Shown here: one piece after another, positions 26,201 to 39,408 of the stretch
Position numbering within the stretch: position 1 is the first letter of the stretch
Layout: each line of letters starts with the position of its first letter
From: Eledone cirrhosa
Lineage: Eukaryota
Assembly: GCA_964016885.1 (NCBI GenBank)
Contig: OZ024742.1
Location: 361,956,001-362,020,000 of the forward strand
Direction of reading: 5' to 3'
DNA length: 64,000 bases
Notes under the pieces: model-generated
What the model saw: only the letters and a program-made list of their open reading frames with translations
Databases searched by the model: none
What the model was told of the DNA's origin: nothing
Program-made: the position numbers and the translations under genes

Positions 26201-29200
26201 TCTGCCAAATATAATGTATATATCAATATTTAGATAACTCCCCAATTGTAGCTCTGCCTAATATAATGTATATATCAATATTTAGACATCTCCCACACTG
26301 TAGCTCTGCCTAATCTAATGTATATATCAATATTTAGACATCTCCCCCACTATAGCTCTGTCTAATACAATGTATATATCGATATTTAGACATCTCCCCC
26401 ACTGTAGCTCTGCCTAATCTAAAGTATATATCAATATTTAGACATCTCCCCCACTATAGCTCTGTCTAATACAATGTATATATCTATTTTTAGACATCTC
26501 CCCCACTGTAACTCTGTCTAATCTAATGTATATATCAATATTTAGACAACTCCCCAATTGTAGCACTGCCTAATATAATGTATATATCAATATTTAGACA
26601 TCTCCCCCACTGTATCTCTGCCTGATATAATGTATATATCTATATTTAGACATCTCCCCCACTGTAGCTCTGCCAAATATAATGTATATATCAATATTTA
26701 GACAACTCCCCAATTGTAGCACTGCCTAATATAATGTATATATCAATATTTAGACATCTCCCCCACTGTATCTCTGCCTGATATAATGTATATATCTATA
26801 TTTAGACATCTCCCCCACTGTAGCTCTCCCTAATCTAACATATATATATCGATATTTAGACATCTCATCCACAGTAGCTCTGCCTAATATAATGTATATA
26901 TCAATATTTAGACATCTCCCCCACTGTAGCTCGGTCTAATATAATGTATATATCTATTTTTAGACATCTCCCCACTGTAGCTCTGCCTAATCTAACGTAT
27001 ATATATCAATATTTAGACATCTCCCCCACAGTAGCTCTGTCTAATATAATGTATATATCTATATTTAGACAACTCCCCAATTGTAGCACTGCTTAATATA
27101 ATGTATATATCAATATTTGGACATCTCCCCCACTATAGCTCTGTATAATACAATGTATATATCAATATTTAGACTTCTCCCCCACTGTAGCTCTGCCTAA
27201 TCTAATGTATATATCAATATTTAGACATCTCCCCCACTGTCGCTCTGCCTAATGTAATGTATATATCAATATTTAGACATCTCTTCCACTATAGCTCTGT
27301 GTAATCTAATGTATATATATCTATATTTAGACATCTCCCCCACTGTAGTTCTGCCTAATCTAATGTATATATCAATATTTATACATCTACCCCACTATAG
27401 ATCTGTCTAATCTAATGTATATATATCTATATTTAGACATCTCCCTCACAGTAGCTCTGCCTAATATAATGTATATATCAGTATTTAGACATCTCCCCCA
27501 CTGTAGCTCTGTCTAATCTAATGTATATATCAATATTTAGACATCTCCCCCACTGTAGTTCCGCCAAATCTAATGTATATATCAACATTTAGACATCTCC
27601 CCACTGTAGCTCTGCCTAATCTAATGTATATATATCTATATTTAGACATCTCCCCCACTGTACCTCTGTCTAATATAATGTATATATCTATTCTTAGACA
27701 TCTCCCCACTGTAGCTCTGCCTAATATAATGTATATATATCAATATTTAGACATCTCCCCCACAGTAGCTCTGTCTAATATAATGTATATATCAATATTC
27801 AGACATCTCTCCCACTGTAACTCTGTCTAATCTAATGTATATATCAATATTCAGACTTCTCCCCACTGTAGCTCTGTCTAATCTAATGTATATATCAATA
27901 TTTAGACATCGCCCCCATGGTAGCTCTGCCTAATATAATGTATATATCAATATTTAGACATCTCCCCCACTGTAACTCTGCCTAATGTAATGTATATATC
28001 TATATTTAGACATCTCCCCACTGCAAATCTGCCAAATATAATGTACATATCAATAGTTAGACATCTCCCCACTGTAACTCTGCCAAATATAATGTATATA
28101 TCAATATTTAGACATCCCCCCCACAGTAGCTCTGTCTAATATAATGTATATATCAATATTTAGACATCTCCCCCACAGTAGCTCCACCTAATCTAATGTA
28201 TATATCAATATTTAGACATCTCCCCCACTATAGCTCTGTCTAATCTAATGTATTTATATCTATATTTAGACTTTTCCCCCACTGTAACTCTGCCTAATAT
28301 AATGTATATATCAATATTTAAACATCTCCCCCACTGTAACTCTGCCTAATGTAATGTATATATCTATATTTAGACATCTCCTCACTGTAACTCTGCCTAA
28401 TATAATGTATCTATCAGTATTTAGACATCTCCACCACTGTAGCTCTGCCTAATATAATCTATATATCAATATTTAGACATCTCCACCACTGTAGCTCTCC
28501 CTAATATAATGTATATATCAATATTTAGACATCTCCTCCCCCTGTAACTCTGCCTAATGTAATGTATATATATCTATATTTAGACATCTCCCCACTGTAA
28601 CTTGGCCTAATATAAGGTATATATCAATATTTAGACATCTCGCCCACCGTATCTCTGTCTAATCTAATGTATTTATCAATATTTAGACATCACCCCCACC
28701 GTAGCTCTGTCTAATATAATGTATATATCTATATTTAGACATCTCCCCCACTGTAACTCTCCTTAATATAATGTATATATCAATATTTAGACATCTCCCC
28801 CACAGTAGCTCTGTCTAATATAATGTATATATATATCTATATTTAGACATCTCCCCCACTGTAGCTCTGCCTAATCTAATGTATATATCAATATTTAGAC
28901 ATCTCCCCCACTATATCTCTGACTTATGTAATGTATATATCTATGTTTAGACATCTCCCACTGTAACTCTGCCTAATCTAATGTATATATCTATATTTAG
29001 ACATCTCCTCACTGTAGCTCTGCCAAATATAATGTATACATCAGTATTTAGACATCTCCTCACAGTAACTCTGCCTAATATAATGTATATATCAGTATTT
29101 AGACATTTCCACCACTGTAGCTCTGCCTAATATAATGTATATATCAATATTTAGACATCTCCTCCCCCTGTAACTCTGCCTAATGTAATGTATATATATA

Positions 29201-32200
29201 TTTAGACATCTCCCCACTGTAACTCGGTCTAATATAAGGTATATATCAATATTTAGACATCTCCCCACTGTAGCTCTGTCTAATCTAATGTATATATCAA
29301 TATTTAGACATCTTCCCCGCCGTATCTCTGTCTAATCTAATGTATATATCAATATTTAGACATCTCCCCTACTGTAGCTCTGCCTAATATAATGTATATA
29401 TTAATATTTAGACATCTCCCCACTGTAGCTCTGCCAAATATAATGTATATATCAATATTTAGACATCTTCCCACTTGTAGCTCTGCCTAATATAATGTAT
29501 ATATCAATATTTAGACATCTCCCCCACTGTAACTCTGCCTAATCTAATGTATATATCTATATTTAGACATCTCCCCCACTATAGCTCTGTCTGATACAAT
29601 GTATATATCAATATTTAGACTTTTCCCCCACTTTAGCTCTGCCTAATCTAATGTATATATCAATATTTACACATCTCCCCACTGTAGCTCTGACTAATCT
29701 AATGTATATATCAACATTTAGACATCTCCCCACTGTAGCTCTGCCTAATGTAATGTATATATATCAATATTTAGACATCTCCCCCACTGTAGCTCTGCCT
29801 AATATAATGTATATATCAATATTTAGACATCTCCAACACTATAGCTCTGTGTAATCTAATGTATATATCAATATTTAGACATCTCCCCCACTATAGCTCT
29901 GCCTAATATAATGTATATATCAATATTTAGACATCTCCCCCACTGTAGCTCTGTCTAATCTAATGTATATATCAATATTTAGACATCTTCCCCGCCGTAT
30001 CTCTGTCTAATCTAATGTATATATCAATATTTAGACATCTCCCCTACTGTAGCTCTGCCTAATATAATGTATATATTAATATTTAGACATCTCCCCACTG
30101 TAGCTCTGCCAAATATAATGTATATATCAATATTTAGACATCTCCCCCACCGTATCTCTGTCTAATCTAATGTATATATCAATATTTAGACATCTCGCCT
30201 ACTGTAGCTCTGCCTAATATAATGTATATATCAATATTTAGATATCTCCCCCACTGTAGCTCTGTCTAATCTAATGTATAAATCAATATTTAGACATCTC
30301 CCCCACTGTAACTCTGCCTAATGTAATGTATATATCAATATTTAGACATCTCCCCCACTGTAACTCTGCCTAATGTAATGTATATATCAATATTTAGACA
30401 TCTCCCCCACTGTAACTCTGCCTAATATAATGTATATATCAATATTTAGACATCTACCCCACTGTACCTCTGTCTAATCTAATGTATATATCAATATTTA
30501 GACATCTCGCCCACTGTAACTCTGCCTAATGTAATGTATATATCTATATTTAGACCTCTCCCACTGTAGCTCTGCCTAATATAATGTATATATCAATATT
30601 TAGACATCTCCCCCACTGTAGCTCTGCCTAATCTAATGTATATATCAATATTTAGACATCATCCCACTGTAACTCCGCCTAATCTAATGTATATATCATT
30701 ATTTAGTCATCTTCCCCACTGTAGCTCTGCCTAATCTAATGTATATATCAATATTTAGACATCTGCCCCACTGTAGCTCTGCCTAATCTAATGTATATAT
30801 CAATATTTAGACATCATCCCACTGTAACTCCGCCTAATCTAATGTATATATCATTATTTAGTCATCTCCCCCACTGTAGCTCTGCCTAATCTAATGTATA
30901 TATCAATATTCAGACATCTCCCCACTGTAACTCTGCATAATATAATGTATATATCAATATTTAGTCATCTCCCCCACTGTAGCTCTGCCTAATCTAATGT
31001 ATATATCATTATTTAACATCTCCCCCACTATAGCTCTGCCTAATCTAATGTATATATCAATATTTAGACATCTCCTCACTGTAGCTCTGACAAATATAAT
31101 GTATATATCAATATTGAGACATCTCCCCCACTGTAGCTCTGCCTAATCTAATGTATATATCAACATTTAGACATCTCCCCACTCTAGCTCTGCCTAATCT
31201 AATGTATATATCAATATTCAGACATCTCCCCCACAGTAGCTCTGTCTAATATAATGTATATATCAATATTTGGACATCTCCCCCACTATAGCTCTGTGTA
31301 ATACAATGTATATATCAATATTTAGACATCTCCCCCACTGTAGCTCTGCCTAATATAATGTATATATCAATATTTAGACATCTCCCCCACTGTAGCTCTG
31401 TCTAATCTAATGTATATATATCTGTATTTAGATATCTCCCCCACTGTAGTTCTGTCTAATATAATGTATATATCTATTTTTAGACATCTCCCCCACTGTA
31501 ACTCTGTCTAATCTAATGTATATATCAATATTTAGACATATCCCCAGTGTAGCTCTGCCTAATCTAATGTATATATCAACATTTAGACATCTCCCCTCTG
31601 TAGCTCTGCCTAATCTAATGTATATATCAATATTTAGACCTCTCCCACTGTAGCTCTGCCTAATATAATGTATATATCAATATTTAGACATCTCCCCCAC
31701 TGTAGCTCTGCCTAATCTAATGTATATATCAATATTTAGACATCATCCCACTGTAACTCCGCCTAATCTAATGTATATATCATTATTTAGTCATCTTCCC
31801 CACTGTAGCTCTGCCTAATCTAATGTATATATCAATATTTAGACATCTGCCCCACTGTAGCTCTGCCTAATCTAATGTATATATCAATATTTAGACATCA
31901 TCCCACTGTAACTCCGCCTAATCTAATGTATATATCATTATTTAGTCATCTCCCCCACTGTAGCTCTGCCTAATCTAATGTATATATCAATATTCAGACA
32001 TCTCCCCACTGTAACTCTGCATAATATAATGTATATATCAATATTTAGTCATCTCCCCCACTGTAGCTCTGCCTAATATAATGTATATATCATTATTTAA
32101 CATCTCCCCCACTATAGCTCTGCCTAATCTAATGTATATATCAATATTTAGACATCTCCTCACTGTAGCTCTGACAAATATAATGTATATATCAATATTG

Positions 32201-35200
32201 AGACATCTCCCCCACTGTAGCTCTGCCTAATCTAATGTATATATCAACATTTAGACATCTCCCCACTGTAGCTCTGCCTAATCTAATGTATATATCAATA
32301 TTCAGACATCTCCCCCACAGTAGCTCTGTCTAATATAATGTATATATCAATATTTGGACATCTCCCCCACTATAGCTCTGTGTAATACAATGTATATATC
32401 AATATTTAGACATCTCCCCCACTGTAGCTCTGCCTAATATAATGTATATATCAATATTTAGACATCTCCCCCACTGTAGCTCTGTCTAATCTAATGTATA
32501 TATATCTGTATTTAGACATCTCCCCCACTGTAGTTCTGTCTAATATAATGTATATATCTATTTTTAGACATCTCCCCCACTGTAACTCTGTCTAATCTAA
32601 TGTATATATCAATATTTAGACATATCCCCAGTGTAGCTCTGCCTAATCTAATGTATATATCAACATTTAGACATCTCCCCTCTGTAGCTCTGCCTAATCT
32701 AATGTATGTATCAATATTTAGACCTCTCCCACTGTAGCTCTGCCTAATATAATGTATATATCAATATTTAGACATCTCCCCCACTGTAGCTCTGCCTAAT
32801 CTAATGTATATATCAATATTTAGACATCATCCCACTGTAACTCCGCCTAATCTAATGTATATATCATTATTTAGTCATCTTCCCCACTGTAGCTCTGCCT
32901 AATCTAATGTATATATCAATATTTAGACATCTCCCCCACTGTAGCTCTGCCTAATCTAATGTATATATCAATATTTAGACATCATCCCATTGTAACTCCG
33001 CCTAATCTAATGTATATATCATTAGTTAGTCATCTCCCCCACTGTAGCTCTGCCTAATCTAATGTATATATCAATATTCAGACATCTCCCCACTGTAGCT
33101 CTGCCTAATCTAATGTATATATCAATATTTAGACATCTCCCCCACTGTAGCTCTGCCTAATCTAATGTATATATCAATATTCAGACATCTCCCCAGTGTA
33201 GCTCTGACTAATCTAATGTATATATCAATATTTAGACATCTCCCCCACTGTAACTCTGCCTAATCTAATGTATATATCTATATTTAGACATCTCCCCCAC
33301 TATAGCTCTGTCTAATACAATGTATATATCAATATTTAGACTTCTCCCCCACTGTAGCTCTGCCTAATCTAATGTATATATCAATATTTAGACATCTCCC
33401 CACTGTAGCTCTGACTAATCTAATGTATATATCAATATTTAGACATCTCCCCCACTGTAGCTCTGCCTAATCTAATGTATATATCAATATTTAGACATCT
33501 CCCCAGTGTAGCTCTGACTAATCTAATGTATATATCAATATTTAGACATCTCCCCCACTGTAGCTCTGCCTAATCTAATGTATATATCAATATTTAGACA
33601 TCTCCCCCACTATAGCTCTGTGTAATCTAATGTATATATATCTATATTTAGACATCTCCCCCACTGTAGCTCTGCCTAATCTGATGTATATATATCTATA
33701 TTTAGACATCTCCTCCACAGTAACTCTGCCTAATATAATGTATATACCAGTATTTAGACATCTCCCCAACTGTAGCTCTGTCTAATCTAATGTATATATA
33801 TCTATATTTAGACATCTCCCCACTGTAGATCTGCCTAATATAATGTATATATTAATATTTAGACATCTCCCCCACTGTACCTCTGTCTAATATAATGTAT
33901 ATATCAATATTTAGACATCTCATCCACTGTAGCTCTGTCTAATCTAATGTATATATCAATATTTAGAAATCTCCCCCACTGTAGCTCTGCCTAATCTAAT
34001 GTATATATCAATATTTAGACATCTCCCCCACTGTAGCTCTGCCTAATCTAATGTATATATCAATATTTAGACATCTTATCCACTGTTGCTCTGTCTAATC
34101 TAATGTATATATCAATATTTAGAAATCTCCCCCACAGTAGCTCTGTCTAATATAATGTATATATCAATATTTGGACATCTCCCCCACTGTAACTCTGCCT
34201 AATATAATGTATATATCAATATCTAGACATCTCCCCCACTGTAACTCTGCCTAATGTAATGTATATATCTATATTTAAACATCTCCCCCACAGTAGCTCT
34301 GCCTAATATAATGTATATATCAATATTCAGACATCTCCCCCACAGTAACTCTGCCTAATGTAATGGATATATCTATATTTAGACATCTCCCCCACTGCAG
34401 TTCCGCCAAATATAATGTATATATCAATATTTAGACATCTCCCCCACAGTAGCTCTGCTCTTATATAATGTATATATATATATTTAGACATCTCCCCACT
34501 GTAACTCGGCCTAATATAAGGTATATATCAGTATTTAAACATCTCCCCCACCGTATCTCCGTCTATTCTAATGTATATATATCTATATTTAAACATCTCA
34601 CCCACAGTAACTCTGCCTAATCTAATGTATATATCAATATTTAGACATCTCCCCCACTGTAGCTCATGCCAAATATAATGTATATATCAATATTTAGATA
34701 ACTCCCCAATTGTAGCTCAGCCTAATATAATGTATATATCAATATTTAGACATCTCCCCCACTATAGCTCTGCCAAATACAATGTATATATCAATATTTA
34801 GACATCTCCCCCACTGTAGCTCTGCCTAATCTAATGTATATATCAATATTTAGACATCTCCCCAACTATAGCTCTGTCCAATACAATGTATATATCAATA
34901 TTTAGACATCTCCCCCACTGTAGCTCTGCCTAATCTAATGTATATATCAATATTTAGACATCTCCCCACTGTAGCACAGCCTAATATAATGTATATATCA
35001 ATATTTAGACATCTCCCCCACTGTATCTCTGCCTGATATAATGTATATATCTATATTTAGACATCTCCCCCACTGTAGCTCTGCCAAATATAATGTATAT
35101 ATCAATATTTAGACAACTCCCCAATTGTAGCACTGCCTAATATAATGTATATATCAATATTTAGACATCTCCCCCACTGTATCTCTGCCTGATATAATGT

Positions 35201-37598
35201 ATATATCTATATTTAGACATCTCCCCCACTGTAGCTCTGACTAATCTAACGTATATATATCGATATTTAGACATCTCCCCCACAGTAGCTCTGCCTAATA
35301 TAATGTATATATCAATATTTAGACATCTCCCCCACAGTAGCTCTGTCTAAGCTAATGTATATATATCTATATTTAGACATCACCCCACTGTAACTCTGCC
35401 TAATATAATGTATATATCTAAATTTAGACATCTCCCCCACTGTAGCTCGGTCTAATATAATGTATATATCTATTTTTAGACATCTCACCCACTGTAACTC
35501 TGTCTAATCTAATGTATATATCAATATTTAGACAACTCCCGAGTGTGGCTCTGCCTAATCTAATGTATATATCAACATTTAGACATCTCCCCACTGTAGC
35601 TCTGCCTAATCTAACGTATATATATCAATATTTAGATATCTCCCCCACAGTAGCTCTGTCTAATATAATGTATATATCAATATTTAGACAACTCCCCAAT
35701 TGTAGCACTGCCTAATATAATGTATATATCAATATTTGGACATCTCCCCCACTATAGCTCTGTATAATACGATGTATATATCAATATTTAGACTTCTCCC
35801 CCACTGTAGCTCTGCCTAATCTAATGTATATATCAATATTCAGACATCTCCCCACTGTAGCTCTGCCTAATCTAATGTATATATATATATTTATACATCT
35901 CCCCCACTGTAGCTCTGCCAAATATAATGTATATATCATTATTTAACATCTCCCCCACTATAGCTCTGCCTAATCTAATGTATATATCAATATTTAGACA
36001 TCTCCCCACTGTAGCTCTGACAAATATAATGTATATATCAATATTGAGACATCTCCCCCATAGTAGCTCTGCCTAATATAATGTATATATCTATATTTAG
36101 ACATCTCCCCCACTGTAGCTCTGTCTAATATAATGTATATATCTATTTTTAGACATCTCCCCCACTGTAACTCTGTCTAATCTAATGTATATGTCAATAT
36201 TTAGACATCTCCCCAGTGTAGCTCTGCCTAATCTAATGTATATATCAACATTTAGACATCTCCCCACTGTAGCTCTGCCTAATCTAATGTATATATATCA
36301 ATATTTAGACATCTCCCCCACAGTAGCTCTGTCTAATATAATGTATATATCAATATTTGGACATCTCCCCCACTATTGCTCTGTCTAATACAACGTATAT
36401 ATCAATATTTAGACATCTCCCCCACTGTAGCTCTGCCTAATATAATGTATATATCAATATTTAGACATCTCCTCCACTATAGCTCTGTCTAATCTAATGT
36501 ATATATCTATTTTTAGACATATCCCCCACTGTAACTCTGCCTAATCTAACGTATATATCAATATTTAGACATCTCCCCCACTATAGCTCTGTCTAATCTA
36601 ACGTATATATATGTATATATTAGACATCTCCCCCACTGTAGCTCTGCCTAATATAATGTATATATCAATATTTAGACATTTCCCCCACTATAGCTCTGTC
36701 TAATCTAATGTATATATATCTATAATTAGACATCTCCCCCACAGTAGCTCTGCCTAATATAATGTATATATCAGTATTTAGACATCTCCCCCACTGTAAC
36801 TCTGTCTAATCTAATGTATATATCAATATTCAGACTTCTCCCCACTGTAACTCTGCCTAATCTAATGTATATATCAATATTTAGACATCTCCCCCACTGT
36901 AGCTCTGCCTAATATAATGTATATATCAATATTTAGACATCTCCCCCACAGTAGCTCTGTCCAATATAACGTATATATCAATATTTAGACATCTCCCCCA
37001 CAGTAGCTCCACCTAATATAATGTATATATCAATATTTCGACATGTCCCCCACTGTTGCTCTGCCTAATCTAATGTATATATATATATTTAGACATCTTC
37101 CCCACTGTTGCTCTGCCTAATCTAATGTATATATATATATTTAGACATCTCCCCCACTGTTCCTCTGCCTAATCTAATGTATATATCATTATTTAGTCAT
37201 CTCCTCCACTGTAGCTCTGCCTAATCTAATGTATATATCAATATTCAGACATCTCCCCACTGTAACTCTGCCTAATATAATGTATATATCAATATTTAGT
37301 CATCTCCCCCACTGTAGCTCTGCCTAATCTAATGTATATATATATATTTAGACATCTCCCCCACTGTAGCTCTGCAAAATATAATGTATATATCATTATT
37401 TAACATCTCCCCCACTATAGCTCTGTCTAATCTAATGTATATATCAATATTTAGACATCTCCCCCACTGTAACTCTGCCAAATACAATGTATATATCAAT
37501 ATTTAGAAATCTCCCACTGTAGCTCTGCCAAAATATAATGTATATATCAATATTTAGACATCTCCCCCACAGTAGCTCTGTCTAATCTAATGTATATC
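8281..37598. repeat. ~52-bp satellite array, main block (~29 kb) with higher-order duplications
   Basis: Continuous same-orientation monomers; diagnostic variants recur at offsets 1084, 2393, ~3590 and ~23180. Confidence 0.98.
8415..8596 (+). mobile_element. tRNA-derived SINE (duplicate of 921-1102)
   Basis: Identical sequence and flanks at offset 7494. Confidence 0.9.
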
Positions 37599-37653
37599 TG
37601 TTAGAACACGAAAAGTGTGAAACAACAGAATGTTCACTTTTCGTGTTCTAACA
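37599..37653. repeat. Perfect 19-bp inverted repeat at the satellite boundary (possible internally deleted MITE)
   Basis: tgttagaacacgaaaagtg (37599-37617) and cacttttcgtgttctaaca (37635-37653), with a 17-bp spacer. Confidence 0.85.
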
Positions 37654-37747
37654 TATATGACTAGCTTCTTCATAAATTTTTCGGGGATAGCCGTGGTGGT
37701 GGTGATCGTATGTCATTGGCTAATTTTCAACCAATCAGAGTAAGTGT

Positions 37748-37749
<2 letters not shown>

Positions 37750-37822
<73 letters not shown>
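37750..37822. repeat. (AT)n microsatellite
   Basis: Pure AT dinucleotide run of about 73 bp. Confidence 0.98.
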
Positions 37823-37825
<3 letters not shown>

Positions 37826-38100
37826 TATTCCCCCTCTCTCTATATATATCTTACGCTTTCGCTTTACACTCCTCCCCTTCAATAACACATTTCCCCCTCT
37901 CTATATATCTCTTCCACTGTTACTTACGCCTGTTTCTCTCTATCTGTTCCGTCTCTATATATATCTCTCTTACTCTTTCGCTTTGCACTCCTCCCCTTCA
38001 ATACCATCTCTCCCCCTCTCTATATATTTGTTACTCTATCGCTGCACGCTCCTCTCCTTCAATATATCAATTACACACGCTTTACACTCCTTTATCCCCA
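37826..38100. repeat. Degenerate pyrimidine-rich minisatellite (~60-bp units)
   Basis: Recurring cgcttt(a/g)cactcctccccttcaata near 37860, 37979, 38040 and 38078, interleaved with ccccctctctctatatata. Confidence 0.7.
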
Positions 38101-38271
38101 GCGCCCCTATATATACACCCCCTCCCACATCTATATTTTAATGTTCCGTTGCACCGTGAATATATGTGTCTATATATATATACATATATATTGTATATAC
38201 ACATTCATGTATGTGTATACACACTCATGTATGTATATACACTGGTTTTATGTGTGTATTGTAAATTTGTA

Positions 38272-38379
38272 CTGTTAAAACACGAAACTAACATTCGATT
38301 GACACTTTGATTACCTGTACAGGCAATAGTTATTAGAATGCTGTTGAAATGTGTATATATTTTGGGGGGACATCCTGTA
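38272..38379. mobile_element. Tc1/mariner-like terminal fragment (single TIR)
   Basis: Ends in tgtgtatatattttggggggacatcctg|ta; the reverse complement ta|caggatgtcccc is a mariner-style terminus with a TA target. No partner TIR seen. Confidence 0.55.
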
Positions 38380-38432
38380 TATACACACATTATATATAAT
38401 ACAATAAACAGATAAATACACACATATATATA

Positions 38433-38537
38433 TGAGCTTATTTAATTATAAATATTGTGAATTTTTAACTCAGTTCAATTATATATATAAATGGCTTCTA
38501 CAGGACTAGAACTGTTTCATTCGAAAGAAATCATCAT
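38433..38537 (-). mobile_element. Penelope-like 3' remnant with a 5'-truncated hammerhead motif
   Basis: Minus strand reads aTGATGA-tttctttcgaat-GAAA-cag-ttctagtc-ctg-TA-gaagcc and then an AT-rich tail. Core C3 and the 5' strand of helix I are missing. Confidence 0.5.
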
Positions 38538-38732
38538 AATATTGAGAGGGGGGACTAGATAAAATATTTCAAATCAAATGTGTATAAGTTATAAGTTAAA
38601 ATGTATAAATAGAGACGATAGTGGAGGTATATCTGTTTAGTGGAACAGTAGACGATAGAATTAAATACAGACGAGAATCTCCCTTTAATGAAACAGCAGA
38701 CGATAGAATTAAGGCAATTTAAATTTTAAGCA

Positions 38733-38782
38733 TTTGCATTTCATCGTTACGGGGTCGATAAAATAAAGTACCAGTAGTACAC
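38733..38782 (+). mobile_element. SINE central-domain fragment
   Basis: tttgcatttcatcgttacggggtcgataaaataaagtaccagta matches the other SINE copies. Confidence 0.8.
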
Positions 38783-38939
38783 TGTCACTATAAGTAGACG
38801 ACTTTCAAATTGAATTGTTGGTTCCATTTCTTTAGTATTTTCAATTGTAGTTATCTACTTAAAAAGCGTTACACGGTTAGAGACATAATTGGTAAGTTAT
38901 ATCTTCCCTATTAAACCATTGCATTATTTCGCCTACAAT

Positions 38940-39126
38940 GGCGGTGGATTGGCAGTATCGGTAGAGGTTCGGACGCCATGCTTTGACGCATAGAGTTACG
39001 GCCCTTGCCATTCTGAGTTCAAATCCCGCCGAGGTTAACTTTGCCTTTCATCCTTACGGGGTCGATAAAATAAAGTACCAGTAATGTACTGGGTAATTTT
39101 CTGGCCTTGTGCCAATAGTAGAAACA
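38940..39126 (+). mobile_element. tRNA-derived SINE, full length, with a 17-bp TSD
   Basis: A box tggcagtatcggtag and B box gagttcaaatccc. Perfect TSD attatttcgcctacaat at 38923-38939 and 39127-39143. Confidence 0.95.
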
Positions 39127-39354
39127 ATTATTTCGCCTACAATAGAACAAAAATGAAATGTTCTTTAAAGAAACAGGAATATAACTTTATAAAAAAAAAA
39201 GTTGCATCCGCTTCTTTTATCATTGATAATTTTTTCGTTTTAATATTAATTGTTTTTTGTAGTTGTTTATATTAAAAATCTTACTGTAATATTTACTTAA
39301 ACGAAGGCAGACATCTAAACTTATAGATTAATCTTGAGCGAAGGACTAGATAAA

Positions 39355-39407
<53 letters not shown>

Positions 39408-39408
39408 A

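Noticed and set aside
8281-37598. Telomeric TTAGG motif in the monomer (cctaa)
   Set aside because: At most one copy per monomer and never tandem, so it is not a telomere array.
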